The notes under the pieces are model-generated. The model had not been told where the DNA came from, made no database searches, and saw only the letters and a program-made list of their open reading frames with translations. Positions 1 through 9,307 of a DNA stretch of 28,800 bases are shown one piece after another. Made by a program: the position numbers and the translations under genes. The first letter of the stretch is position 1. Every line of letters starts with the position of its first letter. This stretch comes from Pelomyxa schiedti (lineage: Eukaryota > Protista > Evosea), in assembly GCA_020536535.1 (NCBI GenBank), contig JAHLWZ010000516.1, positions 1 through 28,800 on the forward strand, read 5' to 3'.

Positions 1-720
1 GTAGATGTAGCATTAGTGGCATGATCGGTAGCGTGGTTGGCCACCTCGCCACCACGTGTGCTGTTGGTCGTGAATATGGGACCAACACGGCCCCGCCCCC
101 CGTTTCCACGTCTGCCCCGCGCTCCACCACAACAGGCCCTTCCCCGATCCATGCCCAGACAACGGATCAAAAAATTTGAAATTGTTTCAAATTTCCTCGT
201 CGTCCCATTATTCCGTTCACCGGGCCCCTGATGGGTTTATTAGGGGCATAATGACCCTGTTTTCCGGAGTTTTCAGGTGCTCGAAAGTTCCCAACAAAAC
301 AACAAATTAATTGAAAGAAAACAAAAACTCCCCCCCCGAAGCACCTTCAAAGAAGATGAAACAAAAAAAGGAAAACACAGAGGAAAAGAAGAAGAAAGGT
401 GACCGAAAGGGAAACCAAGCCGCGACTGCAGTGGGGTTCGGATGAACCGGTTGCAGAAAACCCCCACACAAACTCCTGGAGTGGAACCCGGGTTGCGCCC
501 CTCGCGGTGGTTGGGCTGTGGGCAGATCCATTCACGAAGGGGCTCAGCCCCTCATGGACAGAGAATAGCCAGTCCTCTCAGGCCTCTGGCGGTCACCTGA
601 ACCCCCCCACCCTGTGTCTTCCTCAAGGGGACTATTTTTTAGTGTTTTTTTATTTTGGGTCCTGTCACGCCAGCGTTGCACTTTGTACACTCGAGAAGTG
701 TCGTGCACCAACTTTTTCGA
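1..720 (-). repeat. Inverted-repeat copy A, reverse-complement homologous to 6820-7500 and truncated by the window start
   Basis: Direct comparison of revcomp(1-720) with 6820-7500 gives about 93% identity over the roughly 300-nt core (A 240-600 against B 6950-7310). This includes an 80-nt identical stretch, tcgcggcttggtttccctttcggtcacctttcttcttcttttcctctgtgttttcctttttttgtttcatcttctttg. Recognisable but decaying homology continues to A 60 / B 7490 and to A 720 / B 6820. ORF-track peptides 307..531(-) and the tail of 6702..7307(+) are nearly identical (MDLPTAQPPRGAQPGFHSRSLCGGFLQP... against MDLPTAHPPRGAPPGFHSRSLCGGFLQP...). This reflects shared DNA, not coding. Confidence 0.8.
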
Positions 721-953
721 GGACAGACAATTCGGAGTGAACCACTCTGGTATATCGCCGACACTGCTATTTCACTGACCCATCATGCTCAGTTGCAAGA
801 TTTGGCTGATAACAGCTGCACGGAATTAAATACAGTGGGGAGGTCTGGGGACTGATTTGCCTTACAAAGTTTCTCCCTTTTTTGTGGTTCTTGTTGTTGA
901 CTATTTTCACTTGTTGTTATGGTTGGAGGGTAAAATTATCAAGTGGTCACATC

Positions 954-1597
954 TCAAGAGGAACTTGTTGATGTTGTGGAAGGCAGCGGAGACACCACGG
1001 GAGTCATAGATCCCACAGTCACAACACTGCTGGAAGGAGGAGATAGAGTGTGGTGTGAGTGTGACTGCGCCGCCGTGGCCTCGGTGGCATCCACAGCCAT
1101 AAGGCTCCTCTCTTGCTCCAGCTGTTTTCGTATCTTGGATTCCTCCTCGGCTCTGAGCTGAAGCCTGCGCTGCTGAAGCTTCAGGGCACGCTGCTTCACC
1201 CGGTCTGTGCGTTCAGTGACTGTGTACATGTCACGTTTTAGCTGCACCAGCTTCTGTTGGTAGACATATGCGGCGCTGAACTGTGGTGGTTAGTTGTAGA
1301 GGTGGGACAAAGAGAGAATTTTGCGTGAAGCTAAAGTTATTGTTTGCAATTTTGTCTGGAATACTTCTCAATGCCGTCATAGCGTCTGCTGATGTTCTGA
1401 CGGCAAGGAAACATGCAGAAATTGCAACCGGTGTTGCTGCTGAGAGCTTCGTACTTCTTAAGAACGCGAATATCATTCTCCCACCGAAATGCTACACCAA
1501 ACACTCTCTGATCGTTTGTGGTCAACAAAAGACCTTTTCCAAGAACAGGAGGAAAGTCGGAAGTTCCATGGTTGGAAGTTCGGGTTGTCATACACAA
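954..1597 (-). CDS. 3' portion of a multi-exon gene for a coiled-coil protein, no family assigned
   Basis: The terminal exon is about 954-1271. It is preceded by a polypyrimidine tract and cag, and reads FSAAYVYQQKLVQLKRDMYTVTERTDRVKQRALKLQQRRLQLRAEEESKIRKQLEQERS...SSS* with exon-like codon usage and a heptad-like K/R/E/Q pattern. An upstream ORF at 1337..1597(-) (…FGVAFRWENDIRVLKKYEALSSNTGCNFCMFPCRQ…) probably supplies a further exon, but the junction could not be resolved with canonical GT/AG. The 5' exons probably lie beyond the window or are unresolved. Confidence 0.35.
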
Positions 1598-1809
1598 ATC
1601 TGTTAATCAACAGCCATGAACATTTCGGCCAGTAGCTCGTCACGTCAACCGCTCACGATTTATCAAATCGACTACATCATTGGATTATCCACTGCTCCGA
1701 TTAACATATTCACAGGTTTGCGTGTCTGTGCAGTTGAGGGGGTATTTTTTTTTTTTTGTTTACAACTGATGACTTTGTTGTTTCATTGTATTTGGCTTTG
1801 TGACTAAGT

Positions 1810-2960
1810 ATGGAGTTCCGCACAGTTGGGATTCTTGTATACACATATTTCTCAGTGGTGTCACGGGGGTTCACCACAAGGATTCCATTGTATCTTGCTA
1901 CAGGGGGAATAGTGAGAGCCCTCAGCCTTATGTCTTGGTTCTCAGCCCTTATTAGAAGGCTTTTCTCTGGGATTGACACTCTGACGGATCCCCTGTGTTG
2001 GACTGTTGGTATTCTCTCTTTTTTTTTTGAAAAGGCCAAGTTTTAACCCGGCTTGACAGAGATTACACAGTTTTGGTCTATAATGACCTGCAGGCATTAA
2101 TCCAATACTTGTTGTGAGGCTCTGAATTGACTTCGTTTTTCTTTCTATATAATTCAGCTGGTGGTTTGTTGGAATGTCACTATTCCTGGTTCTAACAGTG
2201 TACCCGCGGTGGATTCTGGGGCAAAATATATTTTTCACTGAGGGGTCATTCTTTGTTGCATGCTCTGTTGTCCCATTCCCTCTGGCTGTGGTTATAGCTG
2301 TGATCAAGTACTACGCATTTGAACGAGATGGCAACATTTGGAGCTGGTATGCCCTGTGATCGGTTTGTTTTTTATCATGACAATATTATATATAATGATA
2401 TGATTTTTATGTACTTTGTCTCCCACTACCGAATTTCTGTTCCTATGTCTGAGCTATAACGCCAAATCAAATACAGGTGTGAGAGATTTTCAAGGTTTGA
2501 GATGGTGGCACTGTCTCTTCCTGTACCTCTAGGAATCGGTCTGTTACTAGCTGCCTGTATTAAGATATTCACCATCAAGAATTATCGGCTCTCAAATCAG
2601 CCTGATAACAAAAAGCAATTGCTGAAAGCTCAAATGAAACTGTTCAGGCAACTCGCTGCATTTCCCATTGCGTATGCCATGCTGTTGACCATTCAGCTGA
2701 TTTGGGGCTACAATCAAGCATTCAATTCCACCACCACAACAGCATCACCATATCTATTTGGTGTTGACATTGTTCTCATAACTCTAGCACCCCTTGTCAT
2801 TTCCATTCTGTATGCAATGACATATCGCCACAGAGTCAAGGACACGACAATGGCCATAATGCAGAAAATAGGTGGTTGTTTGAAAAAACGACACACCAAT
2901 GAGACAGAATTATCTACCAGTGTGAAGTCTTATGAGATCAGCACTGAAACACAAGAATAG
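1810..2960 (+). CDS. Multi-pass membrane protein of at least three exons, with GPCR-like TM5-ICL3-TM6-TM7 topology in the last exon
   Basis: Three plus-strand ORF segments, 1810..2046, 2174..2359 and 2502..2960, are each dominated by hydrophobic 20-25 aa stretches. The last exon (about 2477-2960, stop at 2958-2960) encodes VALSLPVPLGIGLLLAACIKIFTI, then a basic loop KNYRLSNQPDNKKQLLKAQMKLFRQ, then LAAFPIAYAMLLTIQLIWGY, then NQAFNSTTTTASPY, then LFGVDIVLITLAPLVISILYAMTY, then a hydrophilic tail. This is a typical 7TM-receptor C-terminal half. An AG acceptor (acag) lies just upstream of 2477. The family is not recognised with certainty. Confidence 0.4.
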
Positions 2961-5377
2961 GAGTACAAAACGTAAAAAAAACCAATGTAAAGCAATATTT
3001 TAAATGCTACTTATAAAAGTTTTACAAAAAAACTATGGTTACTGCTTTGTCAACCAAATTCCTATTGCCAATCTTCCACCTGAAAAACCGAAACGGAATA
3101 AATTAAAAAGAAAAACAAGAAGGAACCAAACCTGTTGTGAAAACCTCATTGTGGAAGTACCCATCTGTTTGAAGCTGAGGCTGCAACACTTTGAGAGGTA
3201 CACTTGAAGCAGTCCCATCTAGTGAAAAGGCAGAGAATGATTGTTCGCCAGTGAAGGAATCGTCAATTGCTCTCTTCTCAGTCGTTAGTGTCCGCATTCA
3301 AAGGGAATTGCTTACTTTTAGTTCTTCCACTGTCAACCATGCCGCACTGTCTACCTCACCCACAGAAAACTTGAGGGGTTGTTCTCCTATTTACAATTAA
3401 GTTGGATGGCTAGGCACAGAATATAAGCGACCTTCTATTTCTGCAGAAAAGTAGAATACAATATGATGTGCTTTGGGAGCGCCTTCAATAATTTTTGGTG
3501 GGTAAACAGATTCATAGAGGCAAAGTGGAGTAATTGACGAGGGTGTCAAAGTAAGGCCAGTCTCTACAATGGAATTAATTCCCTGAAAAAAGGGGGAGGA
3601 GTCGCCTTCAAAAGTTTCACGTGCAACGGCAGTTTCCAAGGTCTCTCCATTATCTATTGTGAGTTAGTGTGAAAACGGAGCATGCAAAGCCTACAACCTA
3701 CATGCCCACCAGGTAGTACCCAACACCCAGGAAAAATCCTCATAGTACCTTTTTTTAGATTTGTGTAAGTAAAAAAATTAAAAAAACAAAAAAATAATAG
3801 CTGAACAAAATAAACCCAAACATCCAATAGGCTTAAAAATAAAACACAGTTACGAAACTCAGTCGGCGAGTGATTAGGACCTGCTGGCCATGTGTAGGAT
3901 GTTTCCGTATAATTATGACTGACACGGCTATACCAACATAAGGAGGTGTGTGCATAGATGCCTCCAATTCTTCCATTGGGCATCGCGGTGCGTGAATAAA
4001 TGGGATGTCTCGTGCTCTGTAATAATTACGAAAAGATAAGATGCGCTAAGCTTTTTCTTGCGTGTTGTTACACGATAGAAAGAGAGAAAGAAAGCACGAC
4101 GCACGGGTGTGGGCCAGTGCCTTTGGGTGCAATCCTAAGGCAGTCGCTGTCGAACCCCCAGGAACACATCGTGTCATCTGCACCAAGCACCTTCCTTACC
4201 AGGCAAGCATCCCCCTCGTGCCCCTCCCTCGGTCGTAGGTCCAGCGCCACCCTCGTGCTGTTGCGCAACAACATCTGATGACCTCAATGAAACGAAAGGT
4301 TGGTTTTCTAGGAAATGTGACTTGAAATCAGCGAAGGTTCAGCAAATGTGTCACGGCCATGAAATAATTCAGAGTTGTTTGTAACACACATGCACGATAC
4401 TTGACAAAGTAGGGTGCCTCAACTTTTGTGTGGTGTGAACTTGGCTAAGTCGTACAGCATTTTGTTATTAATATCGGCCAGCTCTTGTATCAGTTTGTTG
4501 AGCGCGTCTACGTTGCTGTGCACTGACTCTGTGAAACTGGGGATGACTGTTAAAGTTGCTACTGATGGCAATCAACCTTTGCATCGTCACGGCATCAGAG
4601 TTCTTTTTTGGCACTGTATTTGGCACCGCAGCTCTGGGATTTGTCTCACCTAGATTAAGCGTCTATAACGTGTGTTACTATCTGAGACCATACCTTTTGG
4701 AGTGTCACACTTTAGTTCAACCATCATGGTGGGGAGCTTTGGGCCCATGGATACCGAGCGCTTATTTGCCTTTGTGTGGTCTCCAGTGTCCAAAGATGCC
4801 GATCTGGAGTGATTGACACAAGAACGAACCACTGTGGATCTCCCGCGGCCTGGATTCCTTGCTCCCTGAGCCAGCCGCGAGATCTTGACAGATGATGGAC
4901 ATATATACTCGGCATCATGTGGTCGCTTTGCCTCAAGAGATCTTTCTGTGTGTACCTCTTGCATCTTGACAGAGATCTTTCCCTTCTTTTTTTCTTTTGT
5001 TCAATGAATACCACAACAGGGGAAGTGTGCCCCATAAATACAAAGTGCCAGGTAACTCGTGCCATGCCAATCACGTAGATAGAAGAACTTAATTTTGGTG
5101 GCGGGCCCATAATTCAGCGCACGCGGAAAATCCATTTATTAACTGAGCAGAGTGGGGTCTTGTTTTCGTCCTCTGGGGGGTGGCAATGGTGCTCCAATGT
5201 GAACGCGGTTCATCGAAATAACTATCATGCAGAGATAATACCCTCATCAATCCATCGTTGGTGCGCCTCGCCTATCACGCGAGGTTGCACCCGCCTTTCC
5301 TACCCGGAAGCAGACTGGGCCAGGAGAGGTAAACCCCGCGTTACTCCACTCACCAACTCCTCAAGGATTTACTTTTT

Positions 5378-5379
<2 letters not shown>

Positions 5380-5409
<30 letters not shown>
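5380..5409 (+). repeat. Homopolymer T30
   Basis: An uninterrupted T run lies 3' of the gankyrin gene, which sits on the opposite strand. It is one of many 13-30 nt T tracts in the window. A T26 at 8379-8404 is similar. Confidence 0.95.
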
Positions 5410-5410
<1 letters not shown>

Positions 5411-5535
5411 TGAGTTGGAAACTTGAAAACACACAGGTCAGTTGCTCTCTCTTCTCTATCCATAACTCCTTATTCTTTTGTTTTTTTTTTGTTTACAAAA
5501 CGCAAAAAGGGAAGAAGCACAGGTTCCTGTAGTAA

Positions 5536-6619
5536 TCAACTCCTCAGAAGTCGTCTTATCTCGTCGTCAGCCAACATAAGAGGGGTGGTGTTATCAGAAT
5601 CTGGTTCGTTTGGCGAAGCACCAGCAGCCACGAGTCTCATTGCAATGTCCTTGTGTCTCATGGAAACTGCAACGTGAAGGGGTGTCTCGCCGTTCTGATT
5701 CTTGCTATCTACATTAATCCCTATTTGTGTTTTGGTTAATGGTTTGGATTTTGGTTATTGGTTGATTGCTTGGGTTTGAGAGTACTGTGAGGGGAGGGCA
5801 AAGCATACCTCGGCACGAAAGGAGCAAATCCACAACGGCTAAATGACCACTGCTGGAAGCTCTGTGAAGTGAAGTGTTTCCATAACGGTCTCTGATGGAT
5901 GGCTTTGCTCCAGCAGCGAGAAGTTTTTGAACTATCTCTACGTGGCCTGCAAACGAGAGCCTCTTAGTTACATGATTAAACCTTTAGGAAGCCCACCCTT
6001 GCTGCAGGCGTATTGAAGAGCAGTATTTCCTTGGTTGTTTGGAGTGTTTACGCCAATATCCCTGCAAAAAAGGATTAGATAAAACAAGAAGTTTGCAATT
6101 GTATATGCAGCAGTGCTATTCCAAAATTGAGCACAACATACGGCACTCTCAGCAACATCTGCACAATTGGTACGTGCCCGGCACTGCTTGCAGACATAAG
6201 GGGTGTCCAGCCAGCACCGTCGACCGGTTGTGTGTCAGCACCCAGCTCCATCAGTCGCGATGCCATCGCAACATCGCCTCGGGAACAGCCCCAATGAAAT
6301 GCAGTGCGCTTGTCAGAGTCTTTTTTTGTTCGTTAGTTTGTTGGCTTGTTGCATTAGTGTTTGTTTGGAGAGAGGATTATTGTATTATGTTGGAAAGGGC
6401 GTGGGATCGAGCGTCGAAGAAAGAGCTAGTTATGGGACATGGCACAACAAAGCGCGCACCAGGTTGGTCCACAGTGACCTGCCTGGAAGTGATCATGGCA
6501 GAAACTCTCTCCACATTTCCAGATTGGACGGCATCAAAGAATTCCTTGACAACCCCTGACGTGGCATCAGCCCCGCCGAGTAGAGACGCCGTCGACTTCG
6601 TGGATGACGCGGCTGCCAT
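5536..6619 (-). CDS. PSMD10: 26S proteasome non-ATPase regulatory subunit 10 (gankyrin)-like ankyrin-repeat protein, five exons, 241 aa
   Basis: The model is complement(join(5536..5720,5809..5946,5997..6061,6142..6319,6460..6619)), total 726 nt with consistent phases. The protein is MAAASSTKSTASLLGGADATSGVVKEFFDAVQSGNVERVSAMITSRQVTVDQP|DSDKRTAFHWGCSRGDVAMASRLMELGADTQPVDGAGWTPLMSASSAGHVPIVQMLLRVP|DIGVNTPNNQGNTALQYACSK|GHVEIVQKLLAAGAKPSIRDRYGNTSLHRASSSGHLAVVDLLLSCR|GINVDSKNQNGETPLHVAVSMRHKDIAMRLVAAGASPNEPDSDNTTPLMLADDEIRRLLRS*. It has six or seven ankyrin repeats. Repeat-by-repeat, it resembles human gankyrin: RTALHWACSAGH, DDAGWSPLHIAASAGRDEIV, NQNGCTPLHYAASKNRHEIAVMLL, QDTEGNTPLHLACDEERVEEAKLL. 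Donors include GTATGT, GTGGGC and GTATGC. Acceptors follow pyrimidine tracts, except exon 2 (aaaaaaag). Confidence 0.85.
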
Positions 6620-6819
6620 TGTGCTTTGTGATTCTAATCGATAATCCAAGAAAAGGAAATCTCTTGCACTGTTTTCAAGCTGTCATCTCAGGGATATTTC
6701 CTTGGTCTACGAGGATCATCGAAGCCCAAAACCTTGCAACAATGATGCATTTCACTTTGAGTTGAACCTGGCACCCGGCTGTTGCACTCTCCTGGCCTTT
6801 TGGGCCGAGGAATTGGCGA

Positions 6820-7500
6820 GGCTAGACCAAATACCGCAAGCCAATCACTACCCAAACATCACCACACTTCTTTTTCTGATGTCACAAGGAATTTACCCAA
6901 AGACCGAACAAAAAAAAAAGTCCCCTTCTGGAATACACAGGACCAGGGGGGTAAGTCACCGTCAGAGGCCTGAGAGGACTGGCTATTCTCTTTCCCCAGA
7001 GGAGTTTATCCCTCCGAAAATGGATCTGCCCACAGCCCACCCACCGCGAGGGGCGCCACCCGGTTTCCACTCCAGAAGTTTGTGTGGGGGTTTTCTGCAA
7101 CCGATTCATCCGAACCCCGCTGCAGTCGCGGCTTGGTTTCCCTTTCGGTCACCTTTCTTCTTCTTTTCCTCTGTGTTTTCCTTTTTTTGTTTCATCTTCT
7201 TTGGAGGTGCTGAGGGGGGGGAGTTTTTGTTTCATTCAATTAATTTTTTTTGTTGGGAACTTTCGAGCACCTTACAACTCCCAGAAATCTTCCTCTGCAG
7301 TGACTAATAAACCCATCCCCGGCCCGGTAAACCGAATAATGGGACAAGGCAACACAATTTGTTACCCTTATCTGTACCTGGGGCGTTGTGGGCGAACCAA
7401 TACCTGCGGCACCCACGTGGGCATGTTTGCATGTGGTCTTGTTTCGACCCCCTTGGGGCTGGGTCTGCCCAAGTGTGCGTGTTGTGTCATCGGCCTGAAA
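6820..7500 (+). repeat. Inverted-repeat copy B, partner of 1-720, containing an 80-nt polypyrimidine core at about 7131-7215
   Basis: See copy A. It lies about 200 bp upstream of the gankyrin start at 6619, which is on the minus strand. Copy B carries an intron-like insert at 6951-6999 (gtaagt...tttccccag) where copy A has non-canonical ends (gttcag...catgag). The 201-aa track ORF 6702..7307 runs through the stop-free pyrimidine tract and is judged non-coding. Confidence 0.8.
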
Positions 7501-7831
7501 CTCCGCGTTTGGGGCTTTGCTTTTCCACCACCAAGGTGGTTCGGGTGCGTTGTGTGGCCTCTGCAACCACGCTCCATTCCAGGCAGCCACAACAGAGTGA
7601 GAATGGCCCCAGCAAAGCCATCACATCCCAATACACAACCTGTGCAGCTTTTGCCCGGCGGACGGTTTCGTTGCTGAGTGTTGGTGCATTTGCCCCAGGG
7701 TTATGCAACTGTCTCAGCATGGGCCACACGCAGATAATCACAGGCAGGTTCCCAGTGCAGAAAGCCAAAGCCCACAGTATGTATGTAAGTATGGGCGGCA
7801 AGCCTGCAGCTTCTTCTTTCTTTCCATCCAT

Positions 7832-7952
7832 GAGTAAATAATTCAATTTTCTGGTACAGATTTGACAGTTCCCCTTTAAAAAAAAATTCGAAAATAAATC
7901 AGTTTTAATTTTTTTTCCCCCCGTTGTAACCAGAAAATTGAATTATTTACTC
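7832..7952. repeat. Foldback / hairpin element with 23-bp perfect inverted arms
   Basis: The arm gagtaaataattcaattttctgg at 7832-7854 is the exact reverse complement of 7930-7952 (ccagaaaattgaattatttactc). The 75-nt spacer contains A9 (cccctttaaaaaaaaatt) and T8 (aattttttttcccccc) runs that can pair to extend the stem. No clear target-site duplication was found. Confidence 0.7.
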
Positions 7953-9307
7953 AATTGTTCCTCCCGTTGGTTCTCGCTGTAGCTTTAGAACTGCTATTCT
8001 AACCGACAGATACTCGTATCTGCTAAACAGAAACTCAAACGAGAGATGTACACTCTCAAATGTCCTGGGACAATTGCCAGCACAATATACTGCGTGTTCT
8101 GGGTCACTGTCTCAGATTGAGGATTATGAATCATTAACATCTCTTCAGTTGCGCTCAATCTCATCGCTTTCGTGACAGGTGAGGAGGTGAGGTGGTGATT
8201 GGCCTTGGTCTCACAATATCTGCTACGACACAGATGACATTCCTGCACTTTGTTGATTGCGCGGCGTTGCTGATTGCACCCGCTTTCGTCATCTACTACG
8301 CCACCGCATTGTATATTTTTTTTTTATTATTTATTAGACTCTGCAACACAGTGTCTGTCTTATCTTGTTGACCAAGGGTTTTTTTTTTTTTTTTTTTTTT
8401 TTTTGAATCAGGGGAGAGGAGAGGGCTGTTGTGCCTTGCTTCTACGGGGTTTTGGGATATGGTGGCACGCAATTAATTAAAGTGTTCCTTTTCTCTCTTT
8501 GTTTTGAATCCAACAACAAAAATCAGATGGTTGTACTCGCAACGTTCATGCCGAGTGTATCTGCCTTCCTTTCTTTCAACGTTTTTCAGGTTAGTTTCCA
8601 GTAACCCAATAAGGTTTTACCCTCACACCCATAAAAAGGAGGTGCTCAAAGTAGTTATATCGTGGTTAGACTTATGTCTAATGGGAGTTGTCCTGTCTAA
8701 TGTTCCAGGGTTAGATTGTCCTTTTCCTGTCTTCTCTCGACACTTATAGTCACGGCAGAAAACACAAGGAATTACGAGTTCTGGGTGTTGGACTTGGATG
8801 GGGTGCTGCTGAGGCCATTGTACTTAGAATTGTGCCTCTATGGATGCGCGCCCGCGCTCCTGAGTGGGATTGGTCCCATTTGTGCTCTGTTCTTGAAGCA
8901 AATTCCAACCTTGTAAGCAACAGTGTAGTTGTTATCACTCTGTAATATCTTGAAGCTTCAAGCTATATGCTTTGCCCAATTGGTTGCAAGATACCAATTG
9001 ATACCCAAGCTGAAGACCGAGAAAGACTCCCGGAAGGAGATTCTCATTGTGATAGCAATTTACACTCTGGTATCTGGTGTTGGAGAAAGGTATCACAAAT
9101 TTACAAACAATTTTCAGCACTCACCACATCCCAAGTTTCTTAAGATTGGCTCTTGGATTGGGCCCCTTCCCCTGCCTATTATTCCATGTTGCTTGTGTTG
9201 GTGCCCTCTGGTACCGTGTCAGACAGACAAAAATGAAAATTTAAGGAACAAAACAAATTTTTGTTTCATTTTTCTTCGGCCGTTTTAAGAGGGCAATCCC
9301 CCACTTG

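Noticed and set aside
4724-5110. 128-aa minus-strand ORF and neighbouring ORFs at 4400-5110
   Set aside because: They have no homology, mixed overlapping frames and no splice-consistent partners. They are treated as chance ORFs in an intergenic stretch.
6702-7307. A 201-aa plus-strand ORF, with its shorter counterpart 307..531 on the minus strand
   Set aside because: Its length is produced by the stop-free polypyrimidine tract, which translates to FRSPFFFFSSVFSFFCFIFF. The A versus B nucleotide differences are not biased to synonymous positions. The copy A equivalent is broken. It is treated as non-coding repeat sequence.
7359-7846. 160-aa plus-strand ORF and 119-aa minus-strand ORF in the GC-rich region just right of repeat copy B
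   Set aside because: The translations are Cys/Arg/Pro-rich and random-looking, with no homology. They overlap each other on opposite strands. They are probably non-coding extensions of the repeat.
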